DNA of 64,000 nucleotides, taken from contig NC_043017.1 in assembly GCF_006345805.1 (NCBI RefSeq), forward strand, positions 9,982,001 through 10,046,000, in the 5' to 3' direction. A program made the translations under genes and the position numbers. Shown in pieces: positions 12,345 through 27,162 of this stretch (its first letter is position 1; every line of letters begins with the position of its first letter). The notes below the pieces were generated by a model. That model ran no database searches. It was not told where the DNA came from and was given only the letters and a program-made list of their open reading frames with translations. The DNA comes from Octopus sinensis (lineage: Eukaryota).

Positions 12345-13800
12345 CTGCAGTATTGGTGGTGATGGTAGTAGAAATAGTGGTGATGGTGATGGTGGTGGTA
12401 GTAATCAATGTGTGGTGATGGTAGTGGTGGTTGTATGCTGGTAATATAGTAGTGTTGATGTCAGTAGTGGTGCTGGTATGGTAGTAGTTGGAGTCAATGA
12501 TGGTATTGTGGTAGTAGCATTCATGATAGTGTAGTGACAATGGTATGATAATGGTGTTGATGGGGATAATGATGATAATGATGGCATGGTGGTTTGGATG
12601 TGTTCACATAGTGATTATGATGGATGGTAGTGGTACAACAGTAGTGGTGTGGTGTGGTGGTGGTGGTGGTGGTGGTGTGATGATGGTGGTAGTGTTAGTG
12701 GGAATAGTGGTAGTGGTAGTGATGGTAGTAGTAAGAGTGATGTGGTAGAAATGGTACAAGGGTGGTGGTGGTGGAGTGGTGCTGGTAATGGTATGCTGGT
12801 AGTGGTGGAAGTAGTAGTAGTAGTAATTGTACAATAGTGGTGGTAGTAACAGTGGTACAATGGTGTAGTAGTAGTAGTAGTAGTAATGGTCCAATGATGG
12901 TGGTAGTAGAAGTGGTACAGCATTGGTGATGGTGGTGGTGGTGGTGGTGGTATAGCCATGGCAGTGATGGTTGCCGTATAGATTGCTAAGAGAGACTGTA
13001 ACAATACAGACTGTGTGTTGCCATGGCAACAAGGAAGAAGCTCTTTGGTGAAGGTATTTTCATGGAATGAGAATTAATGTGGCTGTTTCCTGTCTGTGAG
13101 GAATTTGCCGAAGAATAACGCCAGGGAGTGGAATGTGAAAGTGACGACGGATACAGCATCATCATCACCATTACTGTCACCATCATTATCATCATCATCA
13201 CCAACATCACCATCACCTCATCACTATCATCATCACCACCATCACCACCACTCACCATCATCACCATTATCGTCGTCATCATCATCACCATCATCACCAC
13301 CATCACCAACATCACCATTACCTCATCACTATCATCATCATCACCACCATCACCACCACTCACCATCATCACCATTATCGTCGTCATCATCACCACCATC
13401 ATCATCACCATCACCAACATCACCATCACCTCATCGCTATCATCATCATCACCACCATCACCACCACTCACCATCATCACCATTATCGTCGTCGTCATCA
13501 TCATCACCATCATCATCACCATTATCGCCACTACCATCACCACTGTCGTTGTCGTCATCGTCATCATCACCCCAACAATGACCATAACAACTACCTCACC
13601 ACAACTACTACTACAGCTGCTGTCACCACCACCACCACCATGACCATCATTTCTGCAATAATTGTCACCATCATCATCATCATCATCATAATCATCATAA
13701 TCAGCAGTATTGTCTTCACAATCCTTCTCCTCCCCGCCACAATCAGTCATCATTATCATCGTCTTAATTATCGCAATAATTGTCAGTGCTGCTTTCATCA
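12345..13800. repeat. (GGT/GAT/AGT)n and (CAT/CAC)n low-complexity blocks, including three ~115-bp higher-order units at 13155-13520
   Basis: Direct reading. Confidence 0.85.
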
Positions 13801-14082
13801 TGATAATCACTCTCTACAACACAGCAATCTTTAGTCTTTGTTACCAATACCAATCTTTAGTCTTTGACTTATCATAGTTTCACCAATAAAACAATAAGGT
13901 TTCCTTATTCATGTTATGCCCCAGGGCCATTGGTGTTAAATGAATGCTTGAATTGCTCGTAATAGCTGTCAAATCTACTCCCTCAAAATCTACCCCCTCA
14001 AAATCACACCCTACATTCTTATGAATAGAATGTTGATTGCAGGATATAATTCTCTTATGGTTTGGTTTCTTCAGCTCAAATT

Positions 14083-14510
14083 GTTTACATGCCACATGGC
14101 ACATTCTGTGCCACTCAGATCGATCCAGGCCATAACTTTCCCCAATATGTTAAATCAAGCTGTAAGGATTTTAATGATTGCTTCAAGTTATCCTTATGCC
14201 TAAGGATGGGTCTTTCTTTACAGCGGAATACCTCTACTTGATGGCCAAAGAATTATTGGAATAGAATCATCTTGCATTCAAACAACATGTCCAGCCCATC
14301 TGCACTGAATTCTCAACAGCATGCTTTTGATACTGGACACATCACAAATGTAATAAAATTTTGACATTAGATATCTTATCCTGCAATTTTATGTTGCAGA
14401 TATTGTGCAGAGAACACGTATAAAATGTTTCAGGTTTCTTTATTTGCCTATAGAAGGGAGTGGATGCTTTTGCTCCATACAAAAGTATGCTCAAAATACA
14501 AGATTTATAA
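14083..14510 (-). mobile_element. Decayed RTE-like LINE fragment
   Basis: YKSCILSILLYGAK...KPETFYTCSLHNICNIKLQDKISNVKIL resembles the post-RT region of RTE-clade elements. Confidence 0.6.
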
Positions 14511-14571
14511 CACACATATATACACATACATACATACACACACACACATACAGACACACACACACATATAC

Positions 14572-14622
<51 letters not shown>

Positions 14623-15164
14623 CACAGTCCAATTCTGAATCTACACAGTTTTTGTCAAAATGTCCAGACTGACATGAAGGAGTCATTGTTGCATGAGAGA
14701 AACAAAAGCATTTATCAAAATGGAAAAACATCAGTTTTTACAATAGAAGCAACAGAAGCAAGATGGCAGGAGAGACGTGTGCGAATGCTTGAAAAACATT
14801 GGAAAGGTAGATCTTTGTTGTCCTTCTGTGTTTGCACAGAACCGACAGGCTGCCTGCCTGCCTGCCAAACAGTTGTTGCTTTACAATTGGCAGATTGCAT
14901 TGGCTGGCTGTGAACTGGATGAGAGGAAGGTGATGGTGGTGGTGATGGTGGTGGTGGTGGTGGTGGTGGTGGTGATGTGGGGGGAGTTGTGTGTACAGCG
15001 AAGGAATCTGGTGTAAAAGAATAGACATAAAAGGGGAATGGAAGGGGTTTTTTTTTTTCTTTTTTTTTTTATCTGTGAGAGATGTGTGTCTGACATATTA
15101 ATTGTATCAATGTTGAAAGTGGGACCTTTATTGTTGTTTGAAGTTGCTAGACTGTGGTTGAGGT

Positions 15165-15540
15165 AGTGGAGAAGGGGGGGGGGAGGGAAAGAAGAAGACG
15201 AAGAACGATGAGGAGGAGGGGAAGGATAAGAAGAAGAAGAAAGATGAGGAGGAGGGGAAGGAGAAGAAGAAGGAGGATGAGGAGGAGGGGAAGGAGAAGG
15301 GTGAGGAGAAGAAGAAGAAAATGATGATGATACAGAAGCAGGTAGAAGAAAAAGAGGTAAGAAGAAGAAAGAAGAAAAGGAAAGAAGAAGAAGAAGAAGA
15401 AAAAAGTAGAAGAAAGAGGAAAGAAGAAGAAAAAGAAAGAGGAAGAAGAAGAAAAAGAAAGAGGAAAGAAGAAGAAAAAAGAAGGAAGATACAGAAGCAG
15501 GAAGAAGAAAGGAGAAAAGAGAGAAAAAAGAAAGAAAAAG
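15165..15540. repeat. Polypurine (GAA/GGA)n tract
   Basis: Direct reading. Confidence 0.9.
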
Positions 15541-16284
15541 GGTTCTACACAATTTCCTTCTTCAGTATCCACTGACAAGGCTTTGGTCAGCCTAGGGCTA
15601 TAATAAAGACTCTTTTATTACAGTTATCTGTATCATGAGGATTCATGCCATGTACCTCTCCTCTGCTATACTCCATTCCATTGATCTCTCTCTCTATCTT
15701 CCCCTGAGCCCCTCCTATATCTCTCACTATCAGCTACTCCTGTCACTTCTATTCAATCTTCCCTCGTTTCTCTTCAAATTCTTATGAAACTTCCCCCTCT
15801 ATCTCCCTACCCCTGCCGACACACTCGGCCCAATCCTTTGTATCACTTCATCTATATTCACCCCCACCTGTACCACAAGACTATGTCCATCACCATTTCT
15901 CCCTATCTCACATTTTCTTTCTCTCTCTTTCCCCTTTCTCTTCCAACTGGGGTATCCCTGTTTCTCTCCTACACCAAGACTCCTATCTCTCTTCTAATAT
16001 TCTTTCAACCTCTCAACAACAGGTACGAAACCACCTCCCTCAATACTACTCCCCTTCCCAGTCAAGGGGGTTTTGTCTTGTGAGTTACTCAGCAACCCCA
16101 CTGGTGTTGGTGCCGCATGGAAAGTACTCAAATCAACTCTGTAAAGCAGTTGACATTAGAAATTCCAGCCACGGAGACCCATGTCAAAGCAGATAATAAA
16201 GCCTGGTGCAGTTCTCTGGGTGGTCAAACTGTCCAGTCTGTGTCAATATGGAAATCAGATATGGAATGGTGATGATCTGGAAGA

Positions 16285-17264
16285 AACGTTAGCACGCCGG
16301 GCGAAATGCGTAGCCGTATTTCATCTTCCGTTACGTTCTGGGTTCAAATTCCGCCGAGGTCGACTTTGCCTTTCATCCTTTCGGGGTCGATAAATTAAGT
16401 ACCAGTTACACGCTGGGGTCGATGTAATCGATTTAATCCGTTTGTCTGTCCTTGTTTGTCCCCTCTGTGTTTAGCCCCTTGTGGGTAGTAAAGGAATATA
16501 TATATATATATATATATGTGCTGGTGGCACATAAAAAGCACCACTCAAGCATGGCCAATGCCAGTGTCGCTTGACTGGCTCCTGTGCTGGTGACATGTAA
16601 AATGCACCATTTGAGCATGGCCAATGCCAGTGCTGCCTGACTGACACATAAAAGGCACCATTCTTCAAGCATGACCAGTGCCAGTGCTGCCTGACTGGCA
16701 CCCATGTCGGCGGCATGTAAAAAGCACCCACTACACTCTCAGAGAGGTTGCCATTAGGAAGGGCATCCTGCTGTAGAAATCTTGCCAAATCAAATTGGGG
16801 CCTGGTGCAGCCTTCTGGCTTGCCAGTCCTCAGTAAAACCATCCAACCCATGCCAGCACAGAAAGCAGACATTAAATGATGATGGCGATATTGATGATGA
16901 CATATATATATCTGCACATGTGTATGTGCATGTATCTATAAATGTATATTCTTATTATGTGTGTATGTGTATATACATACATATATATACAAACACATAT
17001 ATATATATGCACACACACACATACACATACATGTGCATACACATCAGAAAGTTGCATAGATCCATGTGTGTATATAAGTACACACATGCATACACACACA
17101 CACATTAGTAATTAAAACATGGTTACTATGGAAAGATTTTCCAACTTAATTAGTTTGCATTTCTGCTTGACAATATTTCATTACTTTTTAAACAGAACTT
17201 CTTTTAATGTTTTCTATTTAGCAAAAGTTATTATTATTAATATTATTATTATTATTATTATTAA

Positions 17265-17309
<45 letters not shown>

Positions 17310-18454
17310 TTTTAATCCGCATCTTTGTTACAGTCACTTGCTGAGACACACCCACCGTCCTGGGGTGAGTGAAGGATAAGAGATGTTAGTGTATGACTGA
17401 AAGCTTGGGGAGGGGAGGTAGCGAAATATCTTCATGTAATACAACACAGAGATTTAAATAGATAGGGTTTTTCTAAGGATGTGGGCAATACTTGTCAGCA
17501 CAATCTTTTGGATTTCTCTGAGACATGGTTCTCCTGGGATCTTATCTAGATGTTTCTGGCCAACTCGATCATGCCTGGTTTTATATTCTGTAGGGACAAG
17601 GACTGAGTAACCAACAACAATGTGGTCAATACTCTCAAGTTTGTCATTGCAGTGTCAACACTTTGTGTGTGACATTAACTTGATAGATTCGAGTAAGGAG
17701 AATCTGATCTTGTGCTGCTAGTATAAAGCCTTTTCGGCTTTCAAACCAACACCCTGCAGTCACAGATGGGTTCTTCTCCTACATGCATTATTTTTTTTTC
17801 CCTTCTTTCTTCAAATTTTCTTCCATTTCTCGCCGAGTGTTTTCCAGACACCTAGGGCAGAGAAACTCATTGTATGCATTCCCAGATTACGCATGCAAAT
17901 TCACAGGTAAAATATGTATTTAAAAAGATCAATAAACAAATAAATTCATGAATTGATATTGTTTTCACAGTGATAATGCTCTTCTCAGTACATGAGTCAT
18001 TCCAGTTAACATGATTTTTTGCACTTCCTGCAACTTTTATCTTTTTTTTTGTTTGTAACATTGAGTGGATGAGAGATTAGTGATCCCCCTGGATAGAAAA
18101 CTAGGACTACTGCAGGTAACTTGCCCTGTCACAGGAATTGAACTTGGCACTACAAGTGAACAAAATACTTGCTGTGTACTTTTACTTATATTCTGCTGTG
18201 AGCTGAATGACTTATACCACCTCTGGTACCCATACAGAATTGGACTAGGCCATTTGCAATGCAGAATTATACCAACCTGTGGCACCAATATAGAACAGAA
18301 TAATCAGAATAATGCTAGACCATTTAGAAGAAAGAATTACACTAGCCTGTGGCACCTAGTGAAAGGTGGACAGTGGACTAGGCCATTGGAAGCTATGGCG
18401 GCTTGGTCATTGGTAGACATAGATAGAGGGGTGTATAATATATTGGACAGAAAT
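16285..18454 (+). repeat. Left arm of a ~2.17-kb inverted duplication
   Basis: Reverse complement of 19233-21395; mirrored ORFs in the track (e.g. 16782-17108+ and 20574-20900-). Confidence 0.95.
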
Positions 18455-19197
18455 GAAGGAAGAAGACGATGGGAGGGGGGAGTTGCGGGAAGGAAAGAAG
18501 GAAAAAAAAAAGGTAGAAAGTGGAGAGGGAAGGAAATAAGGAAGGATAGATGGAAAGAAAGAAAAAAAGAGGTGAGCAGAAAGACAGAGGAAGGGAAGGA
18601 CACGAAAAGGAAAGATGAAAGAAGAGAGCAGTGGAGGAAGGAAGAAAAGGAAAGAAAATGAAGGGGGAGGGAGAGTGTGGGGTGTGGTGTGGTGTGGTGG
18701 GGTGGGGATGAGACAGAAGGAATTAAGTAAGGAATAATGATGAGATTACAAAGAAAGTTATTTTGGAATGGAATGAATCTGTTTAAAACAACTCAAGTCT
18801 GCTCGACCGAACCATTCTTTGTGTCTGTCGCAGACAATTACGGAATGGTAAATCTGAAGATCTTTAGTCATGTCAAAGAGTAATTAGATGGATTGGTGCA
18901 GTAACCACCACCACCACCACAACAACAACAGCAACAGAGAGGAGGCGGATGGAAAGAAAGAAGAAGAAGAAGGTAAAGAGAAGGGGAGTGAAGAGGCACA
19001 GGTGTGGCTGTGCAGTTAAGAAGCTATTTTTGCAACCATATGGTTTCAGGTTTGGTCCCACTGCACAGCACTTTGGGCAAATGTCTTCTACCATAACTCC
19101 TGGGTGACCAATAGATAGAAACTGTGAGGAAGCCTGCTTTGTGTGTGTGTGTGTGTGTATATATATATACATATATATTACTGTCCAATATATTATA

Positions 19198-19231
<34 letters not shown>

Positions 19232-19232
19232 T

Positions 19233-20378
19233 ATTTCTGTCCAATATATTATACACCCCTCTATCTATGTCTACCAATGACCAAGCCGCCATAGCTTCCA
19301 ATGGCCTAGTCCACTGTCCACCTTTCACTAGGTGCCACAGGCTAGTGTAATTCTTTCTTCTAAATGGTCTAGCATTATTCTGATTATTCTGTTCTATATT
19401 GGTGCCACAGGTTGGTATAATTCTGCATTGCAAATGGCCTAGTCCAATTCTGTATGGGTACCAGAGGTTGGTATAAGTCATTCAGCTCACAGCAGAATAT
19501 AAGTAAAAGTACACAGCAAGTATTTTGTTCACTTGTAGTGCCAAGTTCAATTCCTGTGACAGGGCAAGTTACCTGCAGTAGTCCTAGTTTTCTATCCAGG
19601 GGGATCACTAATCTCTCATCCACTCAATGTTACAAACAAAAAAAAAGATAAAAGTTGCAGGAAGTGCAAAAAATCATGTTAACTGGAATGACTCATGTAC
19701 TGAGAAGAGCATTATCACTGTGAAAACAATATCAATTCATGAATTTATTTGTTTATTGATCTTTTTAATACATATTTTACCTGTGAATTTGCATGCGTAA
19801 TCTGGGAATGCATACAATGAGTTTCTCTGCCCTAGGTGTCTGGAAAACACTCGGCGAGAAATGGAAGAAAATTTGAAGAAAGAAGGGAAAAAAAAATAAT
19901 GCATGTAGGAGAAGAACCCATCTGTGACTGCAGGGTGTTGGTTTGAAAGCCGAAAAGGCTTTATACTAGCAGCACAAGATCAGATTCTCCTTACTCGAAT
20001 CTATCAAGTTAATGTCACAACACAAAGTGTTGACACTGCAATGACAAACTTGAGAGTATTGACCACATTGTTGTTGGTTACTCAGTCCTTGTCCCTACAG
20101 AATATAAAACCAGGCATGATCGAGTTGGCCAGAAACATCTAGATAAGATCCCAGGAGAACCATGTCTCAGAGAAATCCAAAAGATTGTGCTGACAAGTAT
20201 TGCCCACATCCTTAGAAAAACCCTATCTATTTAAATGTCTGTGTTGTATTACATGAAGATATTTCGCTACCTCCCCTCCCCAAGCTTTCAGTCATACACT
20301 AACATCTCTTATCCTTCACTCACCCCAGGACGGTGGGTGTGTCTCAGCAAGTGACTGTAACAAAGATGCGGATTAAAA

Positions 20379-20441
<63 letters not shown>

Positions 20442-21395
20442 TTAATAATAATAACTTTTGCTAAATAGAAAACATTAAAAGAAGTTCTGTTTAAAAAGTA
20501 ATGAAATATTGTCAAGCAGAAATGCAAACTAATTAAGTTGGAAAATCTTTCCATAGTAACCATGTTTTAATTACTAATGTGTGTGTGTGTGTGCATGTGT
20601 GTACTTATATACACACATGGATCTATGCAACTTTCTGATGTGTATGCACATGTATGTGTATGTGTGTGTGTGCATATATATATATGTGTTTGTATATATA
20701 TGTATGTATATACACATACACACATAATAAGAATATACATTTATAGATACATGCACATACACATGTGCAGATATATATATGTCATCATCAATATCGCCAT
20801 CATCATTTAATGTCTGCTTTCTGTGCTGGCATGGGTTGGATGGTTTTACTGAGGACTGGCAAGCCAGAAGGCTGCACCAGGCCCCAATTTGATTTGGCAA
20901 GATTTCTACAGCAGGATGCCCTTCCTAATGGCAACCTCTCTGAGAGTGTAGTGGGTGCTTTTTACATGCCGCCGACATGGGTGCCAGTCAGGCAGCACTG
21001 GCACTGGTCATGCTTGAAGAATGGTGCCTTTTATGTGTCAGTCAGGCAGCACTGGCATTGGCCATGCTCAAATGGTGCATTTTACATGTCACCAGCACAG
21101 GAGCCAGTCAAGCGACACTGGCATTGGCCATGCTTGAGTGGTGCTTTTTATGTGCCACCAGCACATATATATATATATATATATTCCTTTACTACCCACA
21201 AGGGGCTAAACACAGAGGGGACAAACAAGGACAGACAAACGGATTAAATCGATTACATCGACCCCAGCGTGTAACTGGTACTTAATTTATCGACCCCGAA
21301 AGGATGAAAGGCAAAGTCGACCTCGGCGGAATTTGAACCCAGAACGTAACGGCAGATGAAATACGGCTACGCATTTCGCCCGGCGTGCTAACGTT
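19233..21395 (-). repeat. Right arm of the inverted duplication
   Basis: Near-identical to 16285-18454 in inverted orientation; flanked on both sides by (TA)n. Confidence 0.95.
19930..20380 (+). mobile_element. Internally deleted R4/Dong-like LINE 3' end (mirror copy at ~17305-17760, minus)
   Basis: GFILAAQDQ, HCNDKLESIDHIV...EYKTRHDRVG, EIQKIVLTSIAHILRKTLSI*, followed by (TAA)n. Confidence 0.75.
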
Positions 21396-21971
21396 ATATA
21401 TATATATATATATACATACATACATACACACATACATATATACATACATATCTACATGCATACACATACAGACACACACACATTTATATGTATACATATA
21501 TGCATAAGCATGGGTGTGTGACTAAGAAGCTCACTTAGCAACCACATGGTTTTGTGTTCAATACCACTGCACAGCACCTTAAGCAGATATTTTCTACTAT
21601 AGCTCCAGACCGACCAAATGACTAGTCAGTGAATGCAGTAGATAGAAACTGCATGGAAGCCTCTTGTATATGTGTGTGTGTATATATATATATGTATATG
21701 TTTGTATATATATATATATATCTATATCTAAGTATATGTTTGTATATATATATATATATATGTATATGTTTGTATATATATATATGTATGTATATGTTTG
21801 TATGTATGTATGTATATGTTTGTATATATATATGTATATGTTTGCATATATATATATATATGTGTGTGTGTGTATATATATAGAGAGAGATAATAGATAG
21901 ATAGATGTATCGTCAGTAGTACATATATCTGCAAAAGTGGCACACACTATAGCATTAGTGCAGTAATATAC

Positions 21972-22125
21972 TTTTTTAGGAAGTTCGCAGTTATGGTCGA
22001 TCATAGAGTGACCATTTGTTTTGCACCTATAAAGCGATTGGCAATGCACATATTGCTAAGCACTTGATAGGTGTGAAACCAATGGTCACTCTATGACCAG
22101 CAATAACTCTTAACTTCCTAAAAAA
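21972..22125. mobile_element. Fold-back element made of two inverted 3' halves of the 2841-family hammerhead
   Basis: Both arms read approximately ATAGGTG..AAAC(C/A)AATGGTCACTCTATGA...AACTTCCTAAAAA; matches 2876-2925. Confidence 0.65.
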
Positions 22126-22934
22126 TAGATATACGTGCTATATTTTTCTCTCTTTATTCTTCTGTCTACTGTGAATTCTCTGTCTGGAACTTTCCTGCAT
22201 ACACACCTTGTCTCTGCTGACAGAATACCCAGTGTATGGGAATGTTGACCCATCACCTGGCTTATCCCAGAAACAGCTGTAAAGATTACTTACTTCTACT
22301 TCTCCTTTTTTGACTCACCTTTACTCTAATTAAATATTCTAAATGACTTGAGATGCTCATCCTGCCTTGGTTTTTGTTTTCCTTTTCCTTTAATATGTGT
22401 GTCTGTGTGTCTGTTCCTCATCACTGTTTTGACAACTAGTGTTGGGTTTGTTAATATCCCTGTCACCCAGCAATGTACCAGACTTTGAAATATGTAAGTA
22501 CTGGGGCAGGGGATTGGGGGTGTCGATTTGTCTGTATAAATCATCTTCATGGAGACACCATGCTGGTGCTCCAGCATGGCTGCAGCCCAGTGAGTGGAAA
22601 TACGAGTAAAAGACAAACTGAAAGAGAGTAAAAATTCCCCTCTCTGTGGATGAAGAACATTCATGGAATTTATTCCTCGAAACAGACCAAAACCAAAGAA
22701 GGAATATAACGAAAGAGAAAAAGTTAATCGTTTGTAACTAATCTATGTTGACGAAGAAGTCTGTGATACGGAAAAGAGAAAAGGAAAAGGAAAAAAAAAT
22801 CGGTAAGCCAGAATGTGGAGTAGCGAGGGGAGGAGGAAGAGAATTAAAGGGATTACCTGGCACCATGAATATAAAAGAATCTCAGCTTTCCAGTTCTCCA
22901 ATTATTAGTATCATTATTAGTATCATTATTATTA

Positions 22935-22965
<31 letters not shown>

Positions 22966-23145
22966 GTTTTTTATTATTGTTATTGTTTTTTGTTGTTGTA
23001 TTTAATATTGTTATTACCGTTACTATTATTTATCTTTCGTTCTTTGACATCCTTTTTTAAATCTTATTTTCATTTTATATATGTATGCATGTGTGTTGTG
23101 TATATATATATATATGTATATATATGTATATATATATATATATGT

Positions 23146-23189
<44 letters not shown>

Positions 23190-23649
23190 TATATATATAT
23201 ACACACTCATGCACATACATAGACAAACATGCAGGCAAACATATATGCCCACATATATACATACACATATACACACATCCACAAAACACATATGCACATA
23301 CACATACATATACGTGTATATGTATATATATATGCACACACCCACACACACACGTGCATAGATATAAGGTGTATGTATGTGAGTATATACACACACATGC
23401 GCACCCACACTTGCTGTCAGAGAAATTCTTTGCTTTTTTCTCTTTTTGCTCAAGTCTTGTTGAGTGGAATCGATATGGAATAAGTCTTCTGAATTGTATT
23501 GTGTTGGAGATACTTAACCATTGATAAAATGGTAATGTGATGGTAGAGGTGAGGAAGGAAGGAAGGAAGGAAGGAAGGAATAACAGTGAGAATAATTATT
23601 GCACATTGTGAATTTTACAAACCATCTTTTAACTCTTGTGCATCGGCAG

Positions 23650-24050
23650 ACACACACCTACACACACACACACCACACACACACACACACACAATATACA
23701 TAGCACACACATAGACACATACACACACACACACCTACTGATACATGCACATGCTCACACACTTATACACACACTCACACACACACTCGCACACTCGTAC
23801 ACACAAATACACACACGCACCTACAGACAGTGACACATGTGCACGTTTACACACTCATACACACACACAAACACGTACACATACACACACACTCACACAC
23901 ACGCTCGCATACTTATACACACACAGACACACACACATACTCACATACACACACGCACCTACAGACACTGACACATGTGCGCAATAACACACTCATACAC
24001 ACACACACACACGCACACACACACATGCGCACACACATACACACACACGT
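23650..24050. repeat. (CA)n-rich compound microsatellite
   Basis: Direct reading. Confidence 0.9.
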
Positions 24051-24259
24051 ATAGTTGTTTCTAGCTTAACAAGAAAATAGGAATATAAGTCTGGATATTG
24101 TGCAATATGCATATTTTTATTTTCCGAATGGCTGAGGAGAAAAAAAATATAGTACTCAGGGTACCTTCTGCACGTAAAACTAATAGTAAAGTGAGCGCTT
24201 GGATAGTTTTTGGTGTAGGAAAACAAGGGATGTTTTTAGATTCGTAAATTCTGGTTAAG

Positions 24260-24420
24260 CTGCTGTTTGAGAGACCACAGCTCTTGTACTATGAACATAC
24301 AGGTAGAATGTCACCAGAATGGATTGCAAGACAGATTCTGTTAGCCAAGCTGATCAACTGAAGACCTAGAGGCAGACCAAGAATGAGATGGTAGGATATT
24401 ATCTATAATCTCAATTGGTA
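24260..24420 (+). mobile_element. RTE-like LINE 3' fragment
   Basis: Decayed HTGRMSPEWIARQILL...RPRGRPRMRW, typical of the RTE C-terminus. Confidence 0.55.
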
Positions 24421-24619
24421 GGATCAGTAAAAGATTATTCCAACTACAGAGAGATATGTATCATTTAAAGTATATACCCTGAGGCTGAAGATTGCTTGGA
24501 ATACTCAGAACGTAAAGATGAATGAAATTCTGTTAAGAATTCTGTCTGATGTGCCAACAATTCTTCCAGCTCATTACCTTTAGCTCACTGCAATGAAATA
24601 TTGCAAGGTATTCTAGCAT

Positions 24620-25223
24620 CAAGGCGGTGAGCTGGCAGAAATGTTAGCGCGCCAGACGAAATGCTTAGTGGTATTTCGTCTGCCGTTATGTTCTGAGTTC
24701 AAATTCCGCCGGAGTCGACTTTGCCTTTCATCTCTTTCGGGGTCGATAAATTAAGTACCAGTTACACACTGGGGTCGATGTAATCGACTTAATACCTATG
24801 TCTGTCCTTCTTTGTCCCCTCTGTGTTTAGCCCCTTGTGGTTAATAAAGAAATAGGTATTTCTTCTGCCGCTACGTTCTGAGTTAAAATTCCACTGAGGT
24901 CGACTTTGCCTTTCATCCTTTTTGGGGTTGATAAATTAAGTACCAGTTACGCACTGGTGTCGATGTAATCAACTTAATCTGTTTGTCTGTCCTTGTTTGT
25001 CCTCTCTGTGTTTAGCCCCTTGTGGGTAATAAAGAAACAGGTATTTCGTCTGCCGTTACGTTCTGAGTTCAAATTCTGCCGATGTCGACTTTGCCTTTCA
25101 TCCCTTTCGGGGTCGATAAATTAAGTACCAATTACGCACTGGGGTCGATGTAATCGACTTAATCTGTTTGTCTGTCCTTGTTTGTCTTCTCTGTGTTTAG
25201 CCCCTTGTGGGTAATAAAGAAAT
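24620..25223 (+). mobile_element. SINE family B head-to-tail trimer with one TSD
   Basis: One head plus three ~184-bp bodies; AGGTATTCTAGCAT duplicated at 24606-24619 and 25224-25237. Confidence 0.85.
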
Positions 25224-25882
25224 AGGTATTCTAGCATTTTTGCAATGAAATAACACAAGGTATCTTACTCAATACTCCAGTCAAACATATAACAATGTGA
25301 ATGTGCATGGCATTGCCCAACAAACACAACTATTATACAAGTAGTGTTGTTCCTTTCTGGTCTTCCATGGAAAACATGTCTGACCATAAAGAAATATTAC
25401 CTTATTTGGAAGCAGGTGAGGGTTGATGACAGGAAGAGTACCCAGGTGTAGAAAATCTGCCTCAATGAATTCTATTTGACCCATGCAAACGTGGGAATAT
25501 AAATGTTAAAATTGTAGATGGCATGACTGGTCAGAAAGAAGTTTGCTTCTCAACCGCATGGTTCTGGGTTCGATCCCACAGCAGGAAACCTTGCGCCAGA
25601 GTCTTCTATTACAGCCTCAGGTGAATGAATTTGATAGAGGGAAAATGAAAGAAGCCTCTCATATACATATGTGTTTGTGTGTGTGTGTGATTCTGTGCGT
25701 TTGTGTCTGTGTTTGTTCACTGACACTGCTTGACAACTGGTGTTGGTGTGTTTACGTCCCTGTAACCTAGCAGTTCAGCAAAATAGACTGATAGACCAGG
25801 CTTAAAAAAAATAAAACAGATTGGGGTCAGTTCATCCAGCTAAAAGTTCTTCAAGGCAGGCATGGTATGAGAAGTGGTTTCC

Positions 25883-26099
25883 TCTCCTCTCCACACCACT
25901 GATGTTATCCAAGAGAAAGGCAAAGGCCGATACAGCTTGGCACCTGTGATGTCGCAACTCATTTCTACAGCTGAGTTAACTGGAGCAACATGAAATAAAG
26001 TGTCTTGCTCAAGAACACAACATGCAGCCCGGTCCGGGAATCAAACTTACAACCTCATGATCGCAAGCTCGATGCTCTAACCACTGAGCCATATGCCTT
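25883..26099 (-). mobile_element. tRNA-derived SINE family E
   Basis: Minus strand TGGCTCAGTGGTTAGAGCA (A box), GTTTGATTCCC (B-box-like), then TTGAGCAAGACACTT. Confidence 0.75.
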
Positions 26100-26119
26100 T
26101 ACACACACACACGCTCACA

Positions 26120-27162
<1,043 letters not shown>

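Noticed and set aside
12986-13834. His/Ser/Met-rich ORFs of 160-274 aa
   Set aside because: Trinucleotide-repeat artefacts, open in several frames on both strands
14628-14810. Possible coding exon (SPILNLHSF...KHWKG)
   Set aside because: No polypyrimidine tract, weak donor and no recognisable homology
18065-18661. 198-aa ORF and its mirror ORFs
   Set aside because: Runs into a purine-rich low-complexity tract, is frameshifted in the other arm, and has no recognisable domain
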